Positions 16,636-24,054 of a DNA stretch of 36,718 nt are shown here, piece after piece. A model generated the notes under the pieces. The model did not search any database. It was given only the letters and a program-made list of their open reading frames with translations, and was not told the origin of the DNA. Source of the DNA: a bacterium. GTDB taxonomy: Bacteria; SZUA-182; SZUA-191; JAJRXT01. The first letter of the stretch is position 1; each line of letters starts with the position of its first letter. Where the stretch lies: NCBI GenBank assembly GCA_024277605.1, contig JAJRUU010000063.1, positions 1-36,718 of the forward strand, read 5' to 3'. The translations under genes were made by a program, and so were the position numbers.

Positions 16636-17270
16636 ATCATTAGGATGCCCTGAACAATTGCCTGTATCGCAAGATAAAGTGTGCTTTTTGCCCATATTTT
16701 GCCAGAGTGTTTGAAATAACAACAGTGGTTGTTTGTAAATCAAATACACTATTTCAGTATTCTACTCCTTATATCAAGTTGCAATCAAACATATACTAAA
16801 TGGGTAGGGAGGACTTTAGCCCTCCGCTCTTTGGTCGGCCTGAAGGCCGACCTACCCGAGTGATAAATTAGTATCATTTTGAGTGCAACTCGGCATTAAA
16901 CCCCTTCATCCGAAGGGGTATTCATTCCGTATACAGCTCGAGGCGAGATAAGCCTAAACCCGCTGTCTGCAAGGGTTAATTCCCGAAATGTGTTTATTTG
17001 TGTGACGAATGAGCTACTATCGTTCTGGTGTAAATTCCAGATGGAGGGGAAACACCCGAAAAAAATATGCTTTTATATTTCAATATGATAGCCTGATATA
17101 GACCGATGTTGTGGTATTTATCCCCGAAAAATGATTGATAAGAATCAAGCGCTTCATTGTTCGCGGTAGGATGCAAGCGTTGCTTTCTCTGGAACATATT
17201 GCTAATATATATAATTATTTCAACGTGATAGCAATATCTATCAGGTAGAGTGACTGATTTATCAAGAAAA

Positions 17271-17286
17271 TGGCACACCGCTTGCA
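17271..17286 (+). promoter_or_regulatory. Sigma-54 (RpoN) -24/-12 promoter for the pilin gene
   Basis: TGGCAC-ACCGC-TTGCA matches the TGGCAC-N5-TTGCW consensus exactly. It lies 65 nt upstream of the pilin ATG. Confidence 0.7.
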
Positions 17287-17351
17287 ACCAAGAAAGAGCA
17301 AGGAACGAAGGAAAGTTCTTAAACTCAACCCTGGTAAAGGAGGTGAAAGAG

Positions 17352-17870
17352 ATGTTAAGGAAAATGCTAAAGAAGGACGAAGCTGGTTTTACCTTGATTG
17401 AACTTTTGATCGTGGTGGTAATCATCGGTATTTTAGCCGCTGTTGGTGTACCCATTTATTCCAGGTATATCTTTACCGCTAAAGCTTCTGAAGCGCCGAC
17501 AGTTATCGGAGCCTTAGTAGAGTACGCTGAGAGTTATGCAAGAGCTCATCCAGAGATCGTAACCGGTACTACATACACTGGATGGGGTATGTTGGGAAGC
17601 GATGCAGCCAGCACTGATGCGACTGGTTGGGTAACCGAGGTAGTTGGTGACGACAATGAATATTTCGACTACCTGTATGACGTTGATTGTAGTGCGTCGA
17701 CCGGTACTTATGCTGGCGATAGCGCACCGTGTATAATTGCACTGGGTAATGCTGGTGAATTTGCCGTGGCTGATGAACTGGTATATTTCATGGATCCTGA
17801 TAAGGATGGTAATCTTGATGAGAACTGGTGGTCAGGTAATGCGAGACTGCTGGATATAGTACCAGATTAA
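17352..17870 (+). CDS. pilA: Type IVa major pilin
   Basis: The ATG at 17352 follows an AAGGAGG SD. The prepilin leader is 'MLRKMLKKDEAG|FTLIELLIVVVIIGILAAVGVPIY' (G-1, F+1, E+5). The product is 172 aa with a Cys pair in the C-terminal part. The upstream part of track ORF 17250-17870 is not coding. Confidence 0.9.
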   Translation: MLRKMLKKDEAGFTLIELLIVVVIIGILAAVGVPIYSRYIFTAKASEAPTVIGALVEYAESYARAHPEIVTGTTYTGWGMLGSDAASTDATGWVTEVVGDDNEYFDYLYDVDCSASTGTYAGDSAPCIIALGNAGEFAVADELVYFMDPDKDGNLDENWWSGNARLLDIVPD

Positions 17871-17893
17871 TCATCAATTAAAATCAGCAACTA

Positions 17894-17945
17894 AAAGGGC
17901 AGGAAAAGCGGAGAAATTCGAAGCTTTACCTGCCCTTTCTTTTTG
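17894..17945 (+). terminator. Rho-independent terminator after pilA
   Basis: AAAGGGCAGG (17894-17903) pairs with CCTGCCCTTT (17929-17938). There is an inner AAAGC/GCTTT extension, and the hairpin is followed by CTTTTT. Confidence 0.6.
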
Positions 17946-18125
17946 ACCCGAAAAATTCGGGTCTTGTTATGGGGAAATCGACATTTACTTGAAAAACATA
18001 AATTTATCAGCTTCCCGCTCCTGCCGCCTCGGGCAAATAAAGTTTTATTGGGCGTTGGTTCATAAACCTTATCTTATAAGGGATGTTTTGCGAATCTAGT
18101 CTGAGTTTATGAATAGATCGGGTTG
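17946..18125 (+). repeat. About 180-bp intergenic repeat, copy A (MITE-like or structured-RNA-like)
   Basis: It starts with the hairpin ACCCGAAAAATTCGGGT and ends ...GATCGGGTTGA. It aligns along its whole length with 18622-18802, with scattered substitutions. The termini AACCCGA / TCGGGTT are inverted repeats. Confidence 0.85.
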
Positions 18126-18143
18126 AGTAAGGAATATAAGGAA

Positions 18144-18602
18144 ATGAAACGGCCCAATAATTATTGCCCTAACCGAAAATGTTCAGATTTTGGCAAGAAG
18201 GGGCACGCTAATTTGACCTGCTATGGCATTTATGGTTTGCAGCAAACCAAGCTTTTGTGTTGTCGTACGTGCGGCACCAGGTTTTCCGAGCGGCGGAATA
18301 CACTGTTCTTTGGATTACATAGCGCCGAAGACACCATAAAGCGGGTAATACGGTGCTGGGCAGAGGGTAAGAGTATTCGGGTTACCGCAAAGCAGATCGG
18401 TATCAGCAAGGATACCGTGCACCGCATCTATGAGCGGGCTGACTTGCATTGCCAGCGGGTATTGACAAAGTTGATGCGGGAGTTACAATTGGAAAACTAT
18501 CCGCTGGAGGATTTAAGGTATTTGCTGGCGAAAAAGATGAACAAGCAGCATGTTCAAATCCGAAACACGGTGTTTGATATAAAGAAACTGGAATCGGTTT
18601 GA
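18144..18602 (+). CDS. Zinc-ribbon + HTH protein resembling the N-terminal DNA-binding part of IS1-type transposases (no DDE domain)
   Basis: 152-aa ORF from the ATG at 18144 (the track uses the TTG at 18123). It has 'CPNRKCSDFGKKGHANL...LLCCRTCGTRFSERRNTLFFGL' and 'AEGKSIRVTAKQIGISKDTVHRI'. It is flanked by direct repeat copies A and B. Confidence 0.55.
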   Translation: MKRPNNYCPNRKCSDFGKKGHANLTCYGIYGLQQTKLLCCRTCGTRFSERRNTLFFGLHSAEDTIKRVIRCWAEGKSIRVTAKQIGISKDTVHRIYERADLHCQRVLTKLMRELQLENYPLEDLRYLLAKKMNKQHVQIRNTVFDIKKLESV

Positions 18603-18621
18603 AGCGGAGCTACAGCCTTTA

Positions 18622-18802
18622 ACCCGAAAAATTCGGGTCTTGTTATGGACAAATCGATATTTAGTTGAAAATTATAAATTTATCAGCTTCCTGCTTCTGC
18701 CGCATCGGGTAAACAAAGTTTTATTGGACGTTGGTTCATAAACCTTATCTTATAAGGGATGTTTTGCGAACCCAGCCTGAATTTATGAAGAGGTCGGGTT
18801 AA
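18622..18802 (+). repeat. About 180-bp intergenic repeat, copy B
   Basis: It has the same hairpin head (ACCCGAAAAATTCGGGT) and tail (...GGTCGGGTTAA) as copy A, in direct orientation. Confidence 0.85.
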
Positions 18803-18898
18803 AAATGAAATAAGGACAGTTGATTTCAGGATATATAGGATAAGATATAATAATTAATGAGTTATCTTTGGAAATAAGTGAGTTAAGTTAAAATTTAG

Positions 18899-18927
18899 TT
18901 GAAATATTGAAATAAAAATATTATACT
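18899..18927 (+). promoter_or_regulatory. Candidate sigma-70 promoter in the AT-rich region upstream of pilM
   Basis: TTGAAA (18899-18904), a 17-nt spacer, then TATACT (18922-18927). It lies about 260 nt upstream of the pilM start, and in an AT-rich region such matches arise by chance. Confidence 0.3.
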
Positions 18928-19187
18928 ACTAGTTCAGTAGACTAGGTTCAATTATGCACATAAATAGGTATAATAATTGCACATTATATATATTGGGGAA
19001 ATAGATGGCAGGCAGGTATAAATCAAATAAGGAGGTGTTCGGTTTCTTAGATAGGGTTAAGTTATTTATAACTATTATATAAATGTAAGAACTACAATGA
19101 GCGGGGTTTTGCGCTGGTGGTTACGTTAGCGGTTATGATGATAGTAAGGGTGTAAGGGTGTAAGGGCGGCGTTAAGGGGGAATTAAC

Positions 19188-20750
19188 TTGAAGAAGAAAC
19201 AAAAGAAGACCCAGGCCGAGGAACGTATAGAAGACCTTGAAATAAAAGAACCTGAATCGTTAGAAGAAGCCGGGGTTGATTTATTTGAGTCAGTGGAAGA
19301 AGAACTTGCTATGGAGCAAGAAGCGTTTCCCGCTGAGGCAGACGAATTCCCGTCGGCTACAGAAGAGTTTCCTGCTTTTGTCGAAGAATTCTCCTCGACA
19401 GTAGATGAATCGCCGTCGGCTGATGAAGAGCTTTTCTCGACTGAAGAGTATATCCCTACACTTAGTGAAGAGTTAACCCCACCCGCAGAAGAGTTTTCTA
19501 ACGAGCAAGAAGCATCCCCCTCAACAGACGAAGAATTCCCATCAGTTGCCGAAGAATTTCCCCAGGGGGAAGAATTTCCCCAGGAGACTGATATCGAAGC
19601 TCCCCCCGAGCCCGAATCACCTCATGCGTGGGATCAAGAAGCAGAATCCCAGCCGGAAGTTACATTCCGTCAGGAGAGTCCCCGTAAGGCATGGAACAAA
19701 TATTTTTGGGGGCTGGACGTCGGGGCTCATAATATAAAGCTGGTTGGCATACAAAAAAGACTTAAAAAATTAATCCTGACCCATGTCTGTGTTGTGGAAA
19801 TCTCTCCCCAGCGGGAATTACCTGCCGAGGGGAAAGATATTGCATTAGTAGCAAACTCGATCATAAAATCCTTTGAAGGACTGGATCTGGAAAGAAACTC
19901 GGTAACCAGTGCAATCGATTGCGCTTCGGCGGTTGTCCGTCAGATTCAGTATCCGATCAGCGCCCGCCAGAAACTGCTCTCAGCCCTGCATTGGGAAGTC
20001 AGAAGATTTATCCCGTTTAAACCTGATGAAGTGGTGGTAGATGCCCAGATTTTAGATGAGTCGGGAAAAGACGGAAAGCTGGATGTTTTACTTACCGCAG
20101 TCCCCAAGGAGCAACTCAGTGGTCATCTCAAACTGCTGGATCAGGCCGGCATTAAACCCCTGACAGTGGATGCCGGTCAACTGGCGGTGTTGAATGCTTT
20201 TCTGGCGCATGATGGTTTGCGGCCGGAAGAGACGGTGGTATTGCTCGATATGGGCGCCAGGGCGAGTTATTTAACTATTTACGGCAATGTTGGCCCATTC
20301 TTTACCCTGGCCCTTTCGGTAGGGGGAAGTAGATTCACCCGAGAGATACAAACCCGCTGCCAATTGGCTTATGCTGAAGCGGAAAGTTTAAAATGCAGGG
20401 TGGGGGAGGATGTGCGGGATCAATCCTCTGATAGCGACACCTACTATCCGCTGCATGAGGCCTTACAGAATACGTATGAACTCATCGTTTCTGAAATCAG
20501 GCAGTCACTGGTGTATTATAATAAACAGACCGGTATAAATAAGTTTGATCGCCTGATCTTAACCGGCGGTGGTTCAGGATTGACTGAATTTCCCGAGTAT
20601 CTGTCGCGCAAGCTGGGTGTTCAGGTTGAGATATTAAATCCACTTAAAAAATTTGAGATTGATTCCAATACTTTTGATGCAAATCAGCTACGTGAGGTAT
20701 CTCCTAAATTATCTCTGGCGGTGGGTTTAGCCATGCGGGGAACGTTTTAA
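19188..20750 (+). CDS. pilM: PilM-type actin-like pilus assembly ATPase with about 170-aa acidic repeat N-terminal extension
   Basis: 520-aa ORF with a TTG start after an AAGGGGG SD. From about residue 172, 'FWGLDVGAHNIKLV...' through 'ILTGGGSGLTEFPEYLSRKLG...V...LNP' is PilM-like. It is followed by pilN/O/Q homologues. Confidence 0.85.
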   Translation: MKKKQKKTQAEERIEDLEIKEPESLEEAGVDLFESVEEELAMEQEAFPAEADEFPSATEEFPAFVEEFSSTVDESPSADEELFSTEEYIPTLSEELTPPAEEFSNEQEASPSTDEEFPSVAEEFPQGEEFPQETDIEAPPEPESPHAWDQEAESQPEVTFRQESPRKAWNKYFWGLDVGAHNIKLVGIQKRLKKLILTHVCVVEISPQRELPAEGKDIALVANSIIKSFEGLDLERNSVTSAIDCASAVVRQIQYPISARQKLLSALHWEVRRFIPFKPDEVVVDAQILDESGKDGKLDVLLTAVPKEQLSGHLKLLDQAGIKPLTVDAGQLAVLNAFLAHDGLRPEETVVLLDMGARASYLTIYGNVGPFFTLALSVGGSRFTREIQTRCQLAYAEAESLKCRVGEDVRDQSSDSDTYYPLHEALQNTYELIVSEIRQSLVYYNKQTGINKFDRLILTGGGSGLTEFPEYLSRKLGVQVEILNPLKKFEIDSNTFDANQLREVSPKLSLAVGLAMRGTF

Positions 20751-20769
20751 TATCGCCTAAGGGTATAGT

Positions 20770-21583
20770 ATGCAATTTAAGATTGATTTCTTAAAACCCG
20801 GTAATGCCTTTCCAAAGAGTACGGTTTTCTTCAGGCTGGGTAAAAAATTGGGGGGGGGTTCAAACCCAGCTCAGCGACCAGTTGATCGGCCGGGTGGGGG
20901 GCAGTATAACCACGTTGGTAATCAGCTTTGCGATTTTTGTATCCGCTTGCCTTTTCTTTTATCTCGGGGTGTATCTTCCCAGGGAAAAAAGATTGGTGGA
21001 TGTGGCTACTGAAACTAAACGCATTGAAAAGCTGGTCAATTCCTTAAGACAGAAACAAAAGCAGGAGCAATCCCAATGGGATACAATTAAACTTAGAATT
21101 AATCAACTTATGAGTATGAAGAATAAAGTGGTTACCTGGACGGATAAGCTAAAAGCCATCAACCGCAATTTGGAGCCTGGGATTTGGATTGACACTCTGG
21201 AGGTGAAACAGCATGCGGTAAGGGTTGCCAAAAAGAAAGACGCAAAGGGGAAGAAGAAAAATCGACGCCGTAAAAAGGGCAAAGAAGAAGATGAGGCAAA
21301 GAACAAGAAAGATAAAAAGGCTGTTTCTCGAATAACGGTAAGTATTAAGGGGTCTACGTACGCATTCCTTGAGAATAAACCCCTTAAGTTGGTTTCGAGA
21401 TTTATGGGGAATTTGATGGATGATCCTGTATGGGAAAGAAATTTTGATCTGGCCGATTGGACGATTAATACATCTGAAGCTAACATAAGTACAGACGATA
21501 AAGAAAAAGTGGATCTGGTTGAGAATCTTAGAGATAATTTAAAAACAATAAGCTTCAGATTGGAGTTGGAGAGAAAGCGATAA
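20770..21583 (+). CDS. pilN: PilN-like pilus assembly protein, reading frame broken at a G9 tract (20850-20858)
   Basis: The ATG at 20770 (AAGGGTA SD-like) gives 'MQFKIDFLKPGNAF...', resembling the PilN N-terminal (I/V)N(L/F)LP motif. The TM helix 'ITTLVISFAIFVSACLFFYLGVYL' and coiled coil are in the +1 frame (track ORF 20804-21583). Removing one G joins the two frames. Confidence 0.7.
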
Positions 21584-21584
21584 T

Positions 21585-22610
21585 ATGAATACCCTAAAGC
21601 TGGGGTGGCTTATTTTGTTAGTATTGGCACTGGTTGCTGCCGGAGGTTCATATAACCTCTACCAAGAGCAAACTGTGAAAATGGATAAAAACCAAGCTAA
21701 CCGTGAAGAAGTAGAAAAATTGCAGGAAGAGCAGACACATAAAGTCGAATGGGAAGCCGATAAGGCAAAGGATATAGAAACCTTGAGGGAATTGGCCAAG
21801 TCTCAGGGCAAATGGTGGTTTCTGCATGATATTGAAGAGGAAATGGGAACGGAGTTTGTTCCGTATTTCCGCATTATCGGAGAGCTTAAAGTCGAGGATC
21901 AGCAGGATTACATATATATATCCAGAAATCTGGAAGTGGAAGCCAGCTATGCTGAACTTATCAGGTTGTTCGAGAATTTAGAACGGGAGCTGGGCTTCTC
22001 CATAGAAAACCTTAAAATTACTTCAGGGACGGCAAGGGGCGATAAAGATCGTCACCTAGCCACATTCGTCTTAAGCAGCCTGGAAATAAAAAAGAGATTT
22101 TTAGATGAACTCCTGAATATAAAACAAGAATCAAAACAGGTTAAATTGACAATGGCATCATTGCTCCTGACTCCGCCATGGACTGCTGATCAAACGCTGG
22201 CACTAAAAATAGATACTGTTGATCCATTCATCAAGCAAGATGCGCTTGCCATGTTCACTGTTCCGACGGGCACGAACAAGGAAACTGAAATGGGAATGCC
22301 CGCCATACTCCCGCCGATAGACTTGTCTCCGAGATTTAGATTGGAGGGTATCATAAAATTTCCCAACACTTATGTAGCCATAATTGGCCCCGACTATATT
22401 ATGCAAGAGGGGGATTGGCTGGAAAACATGCTGGTAGAAGATATAGATGCCCGACGTGTGACCTTAAAAGAAGGAGAACAAGAGTATTTTCTGGCTATAC
22501 CCGGGTTTGGTATCCAAGATAGTGGTATTACAATTGGGGGAATTCCCAAAGAAACATTGGGTGAGCAGCCGGAGTTTCCGGAATTCATGGAACAGCTTGA
22601 CGCCCACTGA
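21585..22610 (+). CDS. PilO-like protein with PilP-like C-terminal domain (apparent fusion)
   Basis: 341-aa ORF with an N-terminal TM helix, a coiled coil and a PilO-like alpha/beta region ('SYAELIRLFENLERELGFSIENLKI'). A 'VDPF' motif and the beta-rich 'LEGIIKFPNTYVAIIGPDYIMQEGDWLENMLVEDIDARRVTLKEGEQEYFL' follow, resembling PilP. Confidence 0.6.
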   Translation: MNTLKLGWLILLVLALVAAGGSYNLYQEQTVKMDKNQANREEVEKLQEEQTHKVEWEADKAKDIETLRELAKSQGKWWFLHDIEEEMGTEFVPYFRIIGELKVEDQQDYIYISRNLEVEASYAELIRLFENLERELGFSIENLKITSGTARGDKDRHLATFVLSSLEIKKRFLDELLNIKQESKQVKLTMASLLLTPPWTADQTLALKIDTVDPFIKQDALAMFTVPTGTNKETEMGMPAILPPIDLSPRFRLEGIIKFPNTYVAIIGPDYIMQEGDWLENMLVEDIDARRVTLKEGEQEYFLAIPGFGIQDSGITIGGIPKETLGEQPEFPEFMEQLDAH

Positions 22611-22700
22611 CCGGGTTAGGAAATACCTAAGGCTAATTCAGCAAAAAACAACCCAAAGTGCATTACTCGATGTGCAGAAATTAGCTGGGAGGAAAAACAG

Positions 22701-24050
22701 ATGAATAAAATGAGAGGTAACTGGAAATATTTGGCGGTATGCCTGGCGGCCTTATTGTGCTATCCAGGACAAGGTCTTGCCGTGCATGGAGCCGATTTAG
22801 CAGCACTCTTTCCCCAACAGAGGTTGTCTATGGAATTCAGAGACGCTGAAGTAAAGAACGTCTTGAGATCCTTGGCTGAGCCATACAAAATAAATCTTTT
22901 AGTCAGTAAGGGTGTCAAGGGCAGTATCAGCGCCAGTTTCGACGATGTCTATGTCAAAGATGTCTTTATCGCCGTTTTGCGTGATGCAGGGTTGGGTTAT
23001 GTTATTGAAGGCGATATCGTGAGAATAGATACCTTTGATTCATTGGGAAATAAAAGAAAGCAGGGAGCTTTAATTACCAGGAGCCTGGAAATAACCTATG
23101 CCTTCGATTCAAGCAGTAATAAAGATTTATCGAATTTGGCGAAAGAATTAAAGAAAATGTTAAGTGGAAACAGCGGATCTAATATTTCGGTTATCCCGCG
23201 TAATAATACATTGATAATTACCGATATCCCGGAATATGTGGACAAAATTGTTAGAATGGTGGGGGAGCTGGATAAGGAATCTCCCCAGATTGCTATTTTT
23301 GCCAAGATTGTGGAAATGAGCACCGATTTTAGTAAGGATTTCGGTATTCAATGGGGAGCAAAATTCGGTATTGGCGGTGATGAAGCATCCGGCAAAAGTG
23401 ACACATTCACTGCCCAGGGCGGATCAATGATGGGCACTGCACCCAACAGCGAAGGAGGAAATTTTTTAGTTGATTTGCCGGCTGCGGTGGGGCAGGGAGC
23501 TGGCGGTGCGGTGAATTTTCTGGTTGGTAAAATAGGGAGTGAAATATTGGAGGTGCAGCTTTCTGCTATGGAGGCCGAGGGTAAAGGCAGGGTGCTATCC
23601 AGCCCCAAGATCATTACCCAGGATAATCAAAAAGCCTACATAGAGAGTGGCGATGAAATTCCGTATCAAACCATACAAGAAGGGGGAGCGTTTGAGATTA
23701 GTTTTAAGGAGGCGGTGGTGAGCCTCGAGGTTACCCCGCACGTAATTGGAGATAAGGTGTTTATGGAAGTACTTATTAAAAAAGACACGGTAGACTTTAC
23801 TAAAGCGGTAGGTATCGGTCAAGAACCACCCATTAAAACCAACGAATTAAACACCAAGGTGCTGGTGAGAAACGGTGAAACAGTGGTTATCGGCGGTCTG
23901 ATTTCTCAGGATGTCTCGGGAGGAGAAGGTGGTGTACCGTTTTTACGACATATTCCAATTATAGGCAAGTTGTTTAGTTATCACAAAGAATCGAAGGCAA
24001 AAGTGGAACTTGTGATCTTTATTACCCCAAATATAATCAAAGAAGGCTAA
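22701..24050 (+). CDS. pilQ: Type IV pilus secretin
   Basis: 449-aa ORF with a signal peptide and N0/STN-like 'FRDAEVKNVLRSLAEPYKINLLVS'. Its secretin C-domain includes 'GRVLSSPKIITQDNQKAYIESGDEIPYQT' and 'GGVPFLRHIPIIGKLFS...ELVIFITPNII'. Confidence 0.9.
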   Translation: MNKMRGNWKYLAVCLAALLCYPGQGLAVHGADLAALFPQQRLSMEFRDAEVKNVLRSLAEPYKINLLVSKGVKGSISASFDDVYVKDVFIAVLRDAGLGYVIEGDIVRIDTFDSLGNKRKQGALITRSLEITYAFDSSSNKDLSNLAKELKKMLSGNSGSNISVIPRNNTLIITDIPEYVDKIVRMVGELDKESPQIAIFAKIVEMSTDFSKDFGIQWGAKFGIGGDEASGKSDTFTAQGGSMMGTAPNSEGGNFLVDLPAAVGQGAGGAVNFLVGKIGSEILEVQLSAMEAEGKGRVLSSPKIITQDNQKAYIESGDEIPYQTIQEGGAFEISFKEAVVSLEVTPHVIGDKVFMEVLIKKDTVDFTKAVGIGQEPPIKTNELNTKVLVRNGETVVIGGLISQDVSGGEGGVPFLRHIPIIGKLFSYHKESKAKVELVIFITPNIIKEG

Positions 24051-24054
24051 CTTT

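Noticed and set aside
16802-16990. c-di-GMP riboswitch or RNase P RNA upstream of the pilin gene
   Set aside because: I could not find the conserved GEMM-I core (…ACGCAAAGCC…). The only RNase P-like match is a 7-mer (AAAGTCC on the minus strand) without the remaining universally conserved regions. I kept the segment only as an unclassified structured region.
17250-17351. Long N-terminal extension of the pilin ORF (track start at 17250)
   Set aside because: It would place 34 residues before the class III leader and would run across the sigma-54 promoter. The ATG at 17352 has a strong AAGGAGG SD and gives a normal short prepilin leader.
16994-17455. 153-aa minus-strand ORF upstream of and overlapping the pilin gene
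   Set aside because: It overlaps the sigma-54 promoter, the SD and the 5' end of pilA on the opposite strand. Its composition is low-complexity and AT-driven, with no recognisable motifs.
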